In this document: positions 12,228 to 21,247 of the stretch, in pieces
How positions within the stretch are numbered: position 1 is the first letter of the stretch
How the letters are laid out: each line of letters begins with the position of its first letter
From: Myxococcota bacterium
GTDB lineage: Bacteria; Myxococcota; SpSt-1050
Reading direction: 5' to 3'
NCBI GenBank assembly: GCA_049969675.1
Contig: JBMFOP010000011.1
Coordinates: 1-42,661, forward strand
Length of the DNA stretch: 42,661 nt
Notes under the pieces: model-generated
Database searches by the model: none
What the model was told of the DNA's origin: nothing
The model's input: the letters and a program-made list of their open reading frames with translations, nothing else
Program-made: the position numbers and the translations under genes

Positions 12228-12941
12228 TTATCTACAATCTACGCAGACGAGTAGCTCCTCCATCGGGACATTGGTCTTTTTTGAGATGAATTCAAGTTGT
12301 TCAATCGGTGCGTGATACCTCCCACACTTAGGACATACAGCGAGTTCAAATCTCTTTCTCCAGATAAGTCTGACCCCGTCCTTATCCTCCATAAATATGT
12401 GTCCTGTTGGACAGACCGCCGCACAGGCACCACAACCTATACAGGCATCTGATGCCTCCATAAAGGGAGGTGCTACTTTTTTATTTGGGCCTTTGCCAAT
12501 TATTCCTATGGCTGAGACTCCTACAATACTTTCACAGGTTCTCACACACATATTACAGAGGATACATTTACCTTTATCTGTATCTTTATTATATCTGGGT
12601 TCTTTGATCCCGTATTTCGAAGCCATATATTGTATGACATCTGATTCCGGACATCTTGCAAGCAGGAGTTCAAGCACCGTCTTTCTGACCAGATTTACAT
12701 CAGATGAAGCGGTATGAACCTCTTCAATATCCTTTGAAACAGGGAATAGGCAACTTGTTACTATTCTTGTTCTCCACTTTGTTTTGACCTCCACCACACA
12801 GAGTCTGCATCTACCATCAGAGCCAAGGGCTTCGTGATGACAGAGTGTGGGTATATAAAAACCATTTCTCCTTGCTACATCCAGCAGATATTCTCCCTCT
12901 TCCGCCTCAACGACTTTATTATCTATCTTAAATTTCACCAT
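12228..12941 (-). CDS. Fe-S electron-transfer subunit, HydA/NuoG/FdhA N-terminus-like (BfuA/BamI-like), no catalytic domain
   Basis: [2Fe-2S] cysteines 34/45/48/64 (PTLC...CRLC...TSC); two CxxCxxCxxxC motifs (CILCNMCVRTC, CIGCGACAAVCP); extra C-terminal CPKC...CVDC; only 237 aa. Confidence 0.85.
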   Translation of the reverse strand: MVKFKIDNKVVEAEEGEYLLDVARRNGFYIPTLCHHEALGSDGRCRLCVVEVKTKWRTRIVTSCLFPVSKDIEEVHTASSDVNLVRKTVLELLLARCPESDVIQYMASKYGIKEPRYNKDTDKGKCILCNMCVRTCESIVGVSAIGIIGKGPNKKVAPPFMEASDACIGCGACAAVCPTGHIFMEDKDGVRLIWRKRFELAVCPKCGRYHAPIEQLEFISKKTNVPMEELLVCVDCR

Positions 12942-12952
12942 AATAAATCTCC

Positions 12953-14806
12953 TTACTCTATCGTTACCGCATCAAACCTGCAGACATCGTAGCAGATCTG
13001 ACACTTAATACATCTACTCTGGTCAATAACATGTGGCTTCTGCTTCTCTCCTGATATACAGCCCACCGGACAATTTCTCGCACAGACCATACAGCCATTA
13101 CACTTTTCATTAATTCTTATCGTGATGAGGTCCTTACAGACGCCAGCCCTGCACTTCTTCTGTTTAATATGCTCTTCATACTCCTCTCTAAAATACTTGA
13201 TTGTGGAGAGCACAGGATTAGGTGCTGATTGCCCGAGTCCGCAGAGTGAGCCGAGTTTGATTGCCTTGCCAAGTTCTTCAAGATGCTCAATATCACCTTC
13301 CCTACCTTCACCCTTACATATTCTATCCACAATCTCATACATCCTCTTCACACCCTCTCTACAGGGGACACACTTCCCGCAGGACTCTTCAACCAGAAAG
13401 TTCAGGAAATATCTCGCCACATCCACCATACAGTTTCTGTCATCCATCACGATCATACCACCGGAGCCCATCATTGAGCCGAGTTCTACAAGAGTATCAA
13501 AATCAACAGGTGTATCCAGATACTTCTCAGGGATACAACCACCAGAAGGACCTCCGGTCTGAACCGCCTTAAACTTTCTGCCTTTCTGGATTCCTCCACC
13601 GAGTTTGAAGATAATATCTCTCAAAGTTATTCCCATCGGGACTTCAATAAGTCCGGTGTTATTTACTTTACCAACCAGAGAGAAGATCTTTGTCCCGGTG
13701 CTGTTCTTAGTTCCGATATTTGCAAACCACTCCCAGCCATTATTTATAATCAGAGGAACACACGCCCATGTCTCAACATTATTTAGATTTGTAGGCTTAT
13801 CCCATAGTCCTCTCTCTACTGTATGGATATATTTTGCCCTTGGTTCTCCAATCTTCCCTTCAAGAGATTGCATAAGTGCCGTTGATTCTCCGCATACAAA
13901 TGCACCACCACCTCTGAATATTCTTATATCAAACTTAAAACCGGTCCCGAAGATATTATCACCTAAAAGTCCAAGAGCCCTTGCGTCCTCAATAGCCTTT
14001 GTAAGCCTCCTGACAGCAAGCGGATACTCATCTCTCACATATATGTAGCCCTCATTTGAACCTATCGCATAGGCACCTATAATCATACCTTCAATGATTG
14101 CGTGTGGATTTCCCTCCATTAATGAACGGTCCATAAATGCGCCCGGGTCCCCTTCGTCTCCATTTGCCACAACATATTTTGGATTACCATGTGCGTTTCT
14201 ACAGGACCTCCATTTTCTTCCGGTCCTGAATCCACCTCCACCTCTACCTCTCAGTCCAGATTTATCTACCCAGTCCACTATCTCTTCAGGGTCCATCTTG
14301 AGGGCTTTATAGAGTGCCCTGTAACCACCATACGCTATATAGTCATCTATACTCTCCGGGTCTATATAACCGTTTAAGGCAAGGACTATCTTCTGCTGGG
14401 CACTATAAAAGGGAATCTCTCTGGTAGCCACAAATTTCTTCTTCTTATCATTTGGGTCGGGGTATAAGAGATTCTCTGCAATCTTTTCAGCCTTCACTGT
14501 TTCAATAAGTGCTGTAACATCTGCATCAATATTCCTCTTCCCTACCATCTGATAGAATATATCGTTTTCACCAAAGACTACTATGGGTCCTCTCTCACAG
14601 AAGCCGTGACATCCGGTCTCAATTACCTTAACCCTCTCACTCAACCCCTCATTCTTAAGGGCAGATTTGAGCTTTTCAAGGACTTTCAATGCACCGGATG
14701 AGATACATCCTGTTCCACAGCATACTCTAATGGTCTTTTGAAAAGAGGAGTTACGCGCTAAAAAATCCTTCTTTATCTCTTCAAGTCTCTCAATTGAAAT
14801 TGCCAT
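12953..14806 (-). CDS. FMN/NAD(H)-binding subunit, HydB/NuoF-like (BfuB type)
   Basis: N-terminal [2Fe-2S] (CCGTGC...GCHGFC), [53 protein letters not shown]...SLCGLG, C-terminal 2x[4Fe-4S] domain. Confidence 0.93.
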   Translation of the reverse strand: MAISIERLEEIKKDFLARNSSFQKTIRVCCGTGCISSGALKVLEKLKSALKNEGLSERVKVIETGCHGFCERGPIVVFGENDIFYQMVGKRNIDADVTALIETVKAEKIAENLLYPDPNDKKKKFVATREIPFYSAQQKIVLALNGYIDPESIDDYIAYGGYRALYKALKMDPEEIVDWVDKSGLRGRGGGGFRTGRKWRSCRNAHGNPKYVVANGDEGDPGAFMDRSLMEGNPHAIIEGMIIGAYAIGSNEGYIYVRDEYPLAVRRLTKAIEDARALGLLGDNIFGTGFKFDIRIFRGGGAFVCGESTALMQSLEGKIGEPRAKYIHTVERGLWDKPTNLNNVETWACVPLIINNGWEWFANIGTKNSTGTKIFSLVGKVNNTGLIEVPMGITLRDIIFKLGGGIQKGRKFKAVQTGGPSGGCIPEKYLDTPVDFDTLVELGSMMGSGGMIVMDDRNCMVDVARYFLNFLVEESCGKCVPCREGVKRMYEIVDRICKGEGREGDIEHLEELGKAIKLGSLCGLGQSAPNPVLSTIKYFREEYEEHIKQKKCRAGVCKDLITIRINEKCNGCMVCARNCPVGCISGEKQKPHVIDQSRCIKCQICYDVCRFDAVTIE

Positions 14807-14809
14807 AAC

Positions 14810-15280
14810 TTATTCTCCAACATTTTTATATTCATTGATGATATTTTTAACAGAGGTCTGATTGACCTTCCCATAGTCCTTCTCGTCCACTCTAACGAGC
14901 GGTGCAAGTGCACAGGCCCCAAGGCAGTTGACTGATTCAAGCGTAAAGAGGCCGTCTTCTGAGGTACCGCCTCTCTTTACACCGAGGTCTCTCTCAAATG
15001 CCTCAAGGACACCCGGTGCCCCCTTCAGATGACAGGCAGTTCCCATACATACATGGATTGTATGCCTCCCTCTCGGGATAAGTGATAAGGATTTATAGAA
15101 GGTGGCCAGCTCATACCCCTTTACAACCGGGATATTTAGACTTTCACATACATATTTAATCGCCTCCTTGGGGAGATATCTATACTCTCGCTGAATATCC
15201 TGAAACATACTTAAAAGCAGAGATCTGTTGCTCTTGTATTTTGAGATTATACTGTCAAGTTTTGGCTTATCTATCTCCAT
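14810..15280 (-). CDS. [2Fe-2S] thioredoxin-fold subunit, HydC/NuoE-like (BfuC type)
   Basis: ATFYKS, VCMGTACHLKG, VNCLGACALAP. Confidence 0.93.
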   Translation of the reverse strand: MEIDKPKLDSIISKYKSNRSLLLSMFQDIQREYRYLPKEAIKYVCESLNIPVVKGYELATFYKSLSLIPRGRHTIHVCMGTACHLKGAPGVLEAFERDLGVKRGGTSEDGLFTLESVNCLGACALAPLVRVDEKDYGKVNQTSVKNIINEYKNVGE

Positions 15281-15288
15281 AACACCTC

Positions 15289-16221
15289 CTACTTTAATTG
15301 GGAGAGCCTCTTGAGCTCTTCCCAGTGTTCTGTAGTCCTCTTCTGAATATATTCTATGTGCTCATCTGTTAGATGCCTGAACCTACCCTGCCCTTTTAAG
15401 TAATCCTTTACCGGTCTTAAAGGCTCGGGGTTGAATGTAATCCTATATCTGCCATTCTTAATTTCATAGAGCGGGAATATCCCTGTCTCCACTGCAAGTC
15501 TTCCATACTTTATTGCCGCCTCTGATGGTATCCTCCATCCAGTTGGACATACAGATAAAAAGTGTAGATATGAAGGGCCATCTGCCATCTTTGCCTGCTT
15601 TACCTTCTCAATGAGGTCAAATGGATAGGAGGGACACGCCGTAGCCACATAAGGTATATTATGGGCTGCTGCAATCTTTACCATATCCTTCTTCCATGTA
15701 CTCTGACCAATAGAGACCTTCCCTGCCGGGGAGGTTGTAGTAGATGCACCATAAGGTGTGGAAGAGGACCTCTGAATACCGGTATTCATATAAGCCTCAT
15801 TATCCACACAGATATAGGTAAATTTATGATACCTCTCCAGTGCGCCGGATAGAGCCTGAAGCCCTATATCAGCAGTCCCACCGTCCCCGCCAATTGCCAC
15901 TATATGCACATCCTTATCGGGGACCTTCCCCTTCTTCCTGAGGATCTTCAATCCCGCTTCAATACCTGATGCAACTGCTGCTGCATTTTCAAATGCCACA
16001 TGAATCCATGGTAGGGTCCACGCTGTTGTAGGAAGAGGTGTGGAGATAATCTCCATACATCCAGTTGCCATTGCAATAATGGTATCTTTCCCAAAGATTT
16101 TAAGTGCGTGCCTTAATGCCAGAATCTCGGCGCACCCCTGACAGGCTCTGTGTCCCGAAACGGCAAATTCCTCTTTGGGTACTACATTTGGTGCATAAAT
16201 TTCAATATTTGGTAACATCAT
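15289..16221 (-). CDS. porB: 2-oxoacid (pyruvate/2-ketoisovalerate-type):ferredoxin oxidoreductase beta subunit
   Basis: [17 protein letters not shown] motif [10 protein letters not shown]...[14 protein letters not shown]. Confidence 0.92.
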   Translation of the reverse strand: MMLPNIEIYAPNVVPKEEFAVSGHRACQGCAEILALRHALKIFGKDTIIAMATGCMEIISTPLPTTAWTLPWIHVAFENAAAVASGIEAGLKILRKKGKVPDKDVHIVAIGGDGGTADIGLQALSGALERYHKFTYICVDNEAYMNTGIQRSSSTPYGASTTTSPAGKVSIGQSTWKKDMVKIAAAHNIPYVATACPSYPFDLIEKVKQAKMADGPSYLHFLSVCPTGWRIPSEAAIKYGRLAVETGIFPLYEIKNGRYRITFNPEPLRPVKDYLKGQGRFRHLTDEHIEYIQKRTTEHWEELKRLSQLK

Positions 16222-17396
16222 TCTCTGACTCCTATAACTTTGTAATTTGTTTTATCTGGCTTTTTAAGCTTCTTTGAAGGTTTTACAACTTCGTTGAAAA
16301 TTGCAATAAAGTCATCGGGTAATACATCCCTTCCACCCAGACCAACTATGTAATTAGAAAGTTTAGCCTTAATATTATATCTCTGACAGAGTGCCGCTAT
16401 CTCATTGTAGACTGGACCATTCATGCCACCCCCCGGCATAGCCCTATCAATGACAATAATATTCTTCTTCCCTTCTAAAAGTTTAGCGAGATCTACATCT
16501 GCAAAAGGTCTGAAAAGTCTAATCTTTATCAATCCGGGCGACCTCTTTTCCTTCTTCATAGTATCAATCGCAGTCATAATATTTTCGTTTATTGAACCCA
16601 TTGCAATAAATACCGTATCCGATTTTTCAAGATTATAAGTCTCAAGTATATTGTATTTTCTCTTAAACCTCTTTGAGTAGTCGGCAAGAACCTCTTTAAT
16701 TACAGGGAGTGAATTTATAATTGCCATCTCCTGAGCAAACTTTGCCTCGGTATAAAGCTCTGGTGTGGCATATGCACCCATTGTAACTGGCTTATCTGGA
16801 TGAAGAGAATATAAAGGTTTGTATTCGGGTAGAAACCTGTCAACCTCTTCCTGTTCAGGGAATTCAATCGGTTCTACGACATGTGAGAGCTGGAAACCAT
16901 CCAGATTTACCATTACTGGCAACAAGACCCTGTGGTCTTCTGCAATCCTGAATGCCATAATGATGGAATCTACGACCTCCTGACCATTTTCACAGAACAA
17001 CTGAATCCAGCCGGCATCTCTTGCCGCCATTACATCTGAATGGTCATTCCAGATAGATAGTGGTGCAGAGAGCGCCCTGTTTGCCACCGCCATCACTATC
17101 GGGAGCCTTAATGCAGATGCAATAAATAATATCTCGTGCATCAATTCAAGCCCCTGAGCACTCGTGGATGTAAAGGTCCTCGCACCCGCCGCCGATGCCC
17201 CAACACAGGCAGACATCGCTGAATGCTCTGATTCAACTGTCACATAAACCGCATCAAGCTCCCCGTTTGCAACAAGTTCTGAGAGATGCTCAACGATGTG
17301 TGTCTGTGGTGTAATTGGATATGCGGCTATAGCCTCAACCCTTGCAAGCCTTGCAGCCTCTGATGCGGCTATTGATACCTCTATTCCTTTTCTCAT
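16218..17396 (-). CDS. porA: 2-oxoacid:ferredoxin oxidoreductase alpha subunit
   Basis: [40 protein letters not shown]. Confidence 0.92.
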   Translation of the reverse strand: MRKGIEVSIAASEAARLARVEAIAAYPITPQTHIVEHLSELVANGELDAVYVTVESEHSAMSACVGASAAGARTFTSTSAQGLELMHEILFIASALRLPIVMAVANRALSAPLSIWNDHSDVMAARDAGWIQLFCENGQEVVDSIIMAFRIAEDHRVLLPVMVNLDGFQLSHVVEPIEFPEQEEVDRFLPEYKPLYSLHPDKPVTMGAYATPELYTEAKFAQEMAIINSLPVIKEVLADYSKRFKRKYNILETYNLEKSDTVFIAMGSINENIMTAIDTMKKEKRSPGLIKIRLFRPFADVDLAKLLEGKKNIIVIDRAMPGGGMNGPVYNEIAALCQRYNIKAKLSNYIVGLGGRDVLPDDFIAIFNEVVKPSKKLKKPDKTNYKVIGVRE

Positions 17397-17686
17397 TTTT
17401 CATCCTCCACCATTTTTATTGCCTTTGGCCAGCATTCGTGGGCACATATTCCACAACCTTTGCAATAATCAAGATTGGCAGTAAAAAATCCATCTGCCTT
17501 TTGATAGATTGCTGCATCTGGACAATATAACCAGCAGAGCCCGCATTTAATACATCTGGACTCGTCCCAGACTGGTTTCATTGAACGCCATCCGCCGGTC
17601 CTGTACTCCTTTGCAGAACCTACTTCTTCTATTACGCAACCAACTTTTAATTCGTGCCATTTATATTCTTCCATTGGCTTCGGCAT
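17393..17686 (-). CDS. porD: 2-oxoacid:ferredoxin oxidoreductase delta subunit (2x[4Fe-4S])
   Basis: TGGWRSMKPVWD, CIKCGLCWLYCPD, YCKGCGICAHEC. Confidence 0.92.
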   Translation of the reverse strand: MPKPMEEYKWHELKVGCVIEEVGSAKEYRTGGWRSMKPVWDESRCIKCGLCWLYCPDAAIYQKADGFFTANLDYCKGCGICAHECWPKAIKMVEDEK

Positions 17687-17687
17687 A

Positions 17688-18236
17688 TTATAACTCCTTT
17701 ATTACTGTCTCTTTATAAGCTCTCTTCAGGGCGTTTATATTTTTTTCAGCAATCCTTCCAAAACGCTCTTTCACAGGCTCTTCAATTGATTTAAGCTTTA
17801 TTGCATCAGTGGCTTTTATTAGAGCACCCAGCATCGTAGTATTGACAATATTTACGCCCATCTCTTCTTTTGCAATCTTATAGGCGTCAACAAGGGCTAT
17901 CTTGAACCCGCTGAACTTATCTTTTAGTCCCGAATAATCCTTAGATGTGTTTACTACTACAATACCACCTTTCTTTAATCCAGATGTTGGATTTGCTACA
18001 TCTATCAGTGAGGGGTCAAGAATTACTACTACATCAGGGGAATATATTTTGGATCTGATACGAATAGGTTTGTCGGATATCCTGAGAAATGCCATAACCG
18101 GTGCACCTCTTCTTTCAGGACCGAATGAGGGAAAGCCCTGTGCATACTTCCCTTCAGATATAGCAGATACAGCAAAGAGCTCTACAGAGGTAACCGCCCC
18201 CTGTCCACCTCTCCCGTGAAATCTGATTTCAAGCAT
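17688..18236 (-). CDS. porC: 2-oxoacid:ferredoxin oxidoreductase gamma subunit
   Basis: EIRFHGRGGQGAVT, FPSFGPERRGAPV, NTTMLGA. Confidence 0.92.
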   Translation of the reverse strand: MLEIRFHGRGGQGAVTSVELFAVSAISEGKYAQGFPSFGPERRGAPVMAFLRISDKPIRIRSKIYSPDVVVILDPSLIDVANPTSGLKKGGIVVVNTSKDYSGLKDKFSGFKIALVDAYKIAKEEMGVNIVNTTMLGALIKATDAIKLKSIEEPVKERFGRIAEKNINALKRAYKETVIKEL

Positions 18237-18322
18237 AAAATACCTTCCTTCCGTAAAAAGGTAAGTTCATCATTGTAAAAAAATGTCTTCTTTCACAAAC
18301 AGTCCCACAAGAAGACGGAGTG

Positions 18323-18350
18323 ATAATATTAAGTTAGACCCTCTTGTCAA
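18323..18350 (-). promoter_or_regulatory. Putative sigma70-type promoter of the por-bfu operon
   Basis: Minus strand TTGACA (18350-18345), 16 nt, TATTAT (18328-18323), preceded by a T tract. Confidence 0.55.
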
Positions 18351-18419
18351 TAAAAAATGAGGTCTTTTAAAATGTTGTTTATCAACTTTTGTTCTGCTGA
18401 AAAAAATAAGATTAAATCG

Positions 18420-18447
18420 TTGCTTTATTCTAAGAAATGATTAGATT
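18420..18447 (+). promoter_or_regulatory. Putative promoter of era-der, near-leaderless
   Basis: TTGCTT, 16 nt, TAGATT, then 8 nt to the era ATG; no Shine-Dalgarno. Confidence 0.35.
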
Positions 18448-18455
18448 TATAGACT

Positions 18456-19370
18456 ATGAGGCGCTCTGGATTTGTAGCAATAATAGGATTACCCAATGCA
18501 GGTAAATCCACTCTCTTAAATACCATCATCAGACAGAGGCTTTCTATTGTAAGCCCGAGACCGCAGACCACAAGATACAGGATAGAGGGGATTTATACAT
18601 CTGAAAATACTCAGATAATATTCGTTGATACTCCCGGATTTATCAGAGCGGAGTCGGGCCTAAATCATATCCTGCAGATTGAGATTGAGGAGGCAATAAG
18701 TAGTTCGGATATCATTTTGATGCTTCTTGAACCTAAGAATTTTACAATATTTGAGAATCCTGATGAGACCTTTGAGAGATTCAAAAAGAGAATTGAGGAA
18801 TCAAAGAAACCATTTATTATTGCAATAAATAAGTGCGATTTATTAAAGCCAGACGAGATAAAAGAGAAGAAGGAGAAGATTTATAGACTGAATCTCACCT
18901 CAGAGATAGTTGAGATATCTGCGTTGAACAATACAAATATAGACAGATTGATTGATATCATTGAAAGATATCTGCCAGAAGGAGAATTTCTATTTGACCC
19001 CGAACAGATAGCCATAAAGAGTGAGAGATTTATCGCACAGGAGATGATAAGAGAGCAGCTATTTTACCTATTAAAGAAAGAGATTCCTTACGAATGTGCA
19101 GTTACAATTGAAGAATTTGATGAATCAGAAAGATTTAGTGAAAAAGGGATTGTCAGAATCAGTGGGGTGATATATGTTGCTCGCGAGTCATTAAAGCCAA
19201 TTGTGATTGGCAGGGGCGGAGATATGATTAAAAAGATTGGAACTCAGGCAAGAAAAAACATTGAAGAACTTCTTGGATGCAAGGTATTCTTAAATCTCAA
19301 AGTTATAGTAAAAAAGAATTGGAATAAAGATAGATTCTTCCTCTCTGATCTTGGATATGAGAAGGTATGA
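18456..19370 (+). CDS. era: GTPase Era
   Basis: GLPNAGKSTL, PQTTR, DTPG, NKCD, EIPY, KH-domain VIGRGG. Confidence 0.97.
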   Translation: MRRSGFVAIIGLPNAGKSTLLNTIIRQRLSIVSPRPQTTRYRIEGIYTSENTQIIFVDTPGFIRAESGLNHILQIEIEEAISSSDIILMLLEPKNFTIFENPDETFERFKKRIEESKKPFIIAINKCDLLKPDEIKEKKEKIYRLNLTSEIVEISALNNTNIDRLIDIIERYLPEGEFLFDPEQIAIKSERFIAQEMIREQLFYLLKKEIPYECAVTIEEFDESERFSEKGIVRISGVIYVARESLKPIVIGRGGDMIKKIGTQARKNIEELLGCKVFLNLKVIVKKNWNKDRFFLSDLGYEKV

Positions 19371-20710
19371 GCTTTAAAGTTGCATTAATTGGTAGACCAA
19401 ATGTTGGCAAGTCCACTCTATTTAATAGATTGAGCGGTAGAAGGGTCTCAATTGTGCTGGACCGTCCGGGAGTCACTCGTGATAGAAAAGAGGTAGAAAT
19501 AGAAGATGAAGGAATAAAAGTCCAGTTGATTGATACAGGCGGATTTATTGTATCTGAAGAGATTGACAGATTCACTTCACTTGTCAGAAATCAGATTCAG
19601 AAGGCAATAGACGCAGCTGACCTCATACTCTTTATAACAGATGCAAAAGATGGTTGTACTGCATTTGATATGGAAATTGCAAATATGCTAAGACCACGCT
19701 TACACAATGTCTTACCGGTGGTCAACAAATGTGATAACGAGATTGAACAGAATCTCAATTTCTCTGAATTTTACAAGCTCGGTCTTGGTGAGCTATTTGT
19801 TGTATCTGCCACCACAGGATTTGGGATAGAAAAATTAAAAAGAGAGATTTTTAATCGTGCCATAATGAATTCAAATGACTCTGAGTCGTTACCAGAAGAG
19901 ACAAAAAGACAAATTAATATAGCAATATTGGGAACTCCAAATGTAGGCAAGTCTTCATTCATAAACTCATTGATAAAAGATGAGCGTCTAATCGTTTCAG
20001 AACTGCCCGGTACAACAGTTGATACAGTTGATGTAAAATTCAATTACAATGGATTTGAATTTGTATTTATAGATACAGCAGGGATAAGGCGAAAGAAGAA
20101 AATAAAAGATGAGCTTGAGGAGATATCGGTCAAAAAGAGTATCGCCACCATTGATCGTGCATCAGTTGTAATTATAATGATTGATGCCAATGAGGAGATA
20201 TCTGAACAGACCAAGAGGATTGTAAGTCTGACAGAGGAGAGAAGACGCGGGATGATATTCTTTGCAAATAAATGGGATCTGGTTCAGAAGAGTAAGAAAT
20301 ATAAGAATGAAAGGGCATTTATGAAGGAGTTTTACTATGTCTTCAAGGCAAACACATATGTGCCACTTGTAATAGACTCGGCTTTGAGACTGAAATCAAG
20401 AAATGACATATTAAATCTTATTATAAAGACTGATGAAAATTTCAAGAGGCGTGTTAAGACAGCTGAACTAAATGAATTATTAGAACAAATACAAAATGAA
20501 CATCCCCCACACGGGACAAAAGGTAGAATGATAAAATTTTTCTATGGGGCTCAGACAGAAGAGGCACCCCCAAATTTCACAATATTTGCAAACTACCCCG
20601 ATGAGATACACTTTGCTTACAAAAGATACCTCATTAACAAAATCAGAGAGAGATTTGATTTTGAAGGGATACCCTTAAGAGTAAATTTTAAGGGCAGGTC
20701 CAGAGATTAG
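19367..20710 (+). CDS. der: Ribosome biogenesis GTPase Der (EngA)
   Basis: Two G domains (GRPNVGKS/DTGG/NKCD and GTPNVGKS/DTAG/NKWD) plus C-terminal YKRYLINKIRERFDFEGIPL; ATGA overlap with era. Confidence 0.97.
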   Translation: MSFKVALIGRPNVGKSTLFNRLSGRRVSIVLDRPGVTRDRKEVEIEDEGIKVQLIDTGGFIVSEEIDRFTSLVRNQIQKAIDAADLILFITDAKDGCTAFDMEIANMLRPRLHNVLPVVNKCDNEIEQNLNFSEFYKLGLGELFVVSATTGFGIEKLKREIFNRAIMNSNDSESLPEETKRQINIAILGTPNVGKSSFINSLIKDERLIVSELPGTTVDTVDVKFNYNGFEFVFIDTAGIRRKKKIKDELEEISVKKSIATIDRASVVIIMIDANEEISEQTKRIVSLTEERRRGMIFFANKWDLVQKSKKYKNERAFMKEFYYVFKANTYVPLVIDSALRLKSRNDILNLIIKTDENFKRRVKTAELNELLEQIQNEHPPHGTKGRMIKFFYGAQTEEAPPNFTIFANYPDEIHFAYKRYLINKIRERFDFEGIPLRVNFKGRSRD

Positions 20711-21009
20711 CAGAATCCTCTACTGTCAGGACGATATATCTGAATCTTGAGGTCAATTTTCTCAACCCCTTTTATGCAGTTTGCACAGTAATTTGTAAGT
20801 ATTACACAGGGGCGAACTATCTCAATACCGCTCTGGGCTTTTAGCATATTCAATACCCCTTCTGTCACAACACCTGTTGAGCCACAATTGGAACACTTAA
20901 AGAGTGGATGTTTGAGTGCCAGAAGCAGACACTTCTCACAAAGAAATTCAGATTTATTTGTCCTCCCCTCTCTCTTACAGATAAAGCATCTACCATTAGT
21001 ATCGTTCAA
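20707..21009 (-). CDS. Small Cys-rich hypothetical protein, four CxxC pairs (probable double zinc ribbon)
   Basis: CFIC, CEKC, CSNC, CANC; TTG start with AGGAG 7 nt upstream. Confidence 0.6.
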   Translation of the reverse strand: MNDTNGRCFICKREGRTNKSEFLCEKCLLLALKHPLFKCSNCGSTGVVTEGVLNMLKAQSGIEIVRPCVILTNYCANCIKGVEKIDLKIQIYRPDSRGFC

Positions 21010-21030
21010 ATCAAGACTCCTCTTCTCTCC

Positions 21031-21159
21031 TCAATTATCTCTTTGCCCTCTTTCTATCATACCCCTTTTTGCCTTTCCTGCTTCCGATGCTCTTGATGGT
21101 TTCTTCATAGGTTCAATCCTGAAAGGGATCAACTTCTTCTTTCTTCTCTTTTTATTCAT
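21031..21159 (-). CDS. Putative 42-aa basic peptide, in frame with the downstream Cys-rich ORF
   Basis: Hand translation MNKKRRKKKLIPFRIEPMKKPSRASEAGKAKRGMIERGQRDN-TGA; upstream GAAGGG and a possible TTGTTT-16-TAAAAT promoter. Confidence 0.4.
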   Translation of the reverse strand: MNKKRRKKKLIPFRIEPMKKPSRASEAGKAKRGMIERGQRDN

Positions 21160-21247
21160 CTCCAAACCCTTCAGTAATTTTAAGATAAAATAAAATAAAA
21201 ACAACAAAAAAACTATCCGCTTCTTTTTTCTCTTTTATATAATGAAA

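Noticed and set aside
12228..15280. Calling these genes nuoEFG of complex I or an [FeFe]-hydrogenase
   Set aside because: No other nuo genes; no H-cluster motifs (TSCCP, MPC, MACPGGC); the A subunit is only 237 aa.
18273..18298. Rex operator upstream of porC (TTGTAAAA...TTTCACAA)
   Set aside because: The half-sites are 12 nt apart, whereas Rex sites have TTGTGAA-4-TTCACAA.
21031..21033. Selenocysteine at the in-frame TGA
   Set aside because: Not in a CxxU/UxxC context, no SECIS-like hairpin visible downstream, and a good SD supports independent initiation at 21009.
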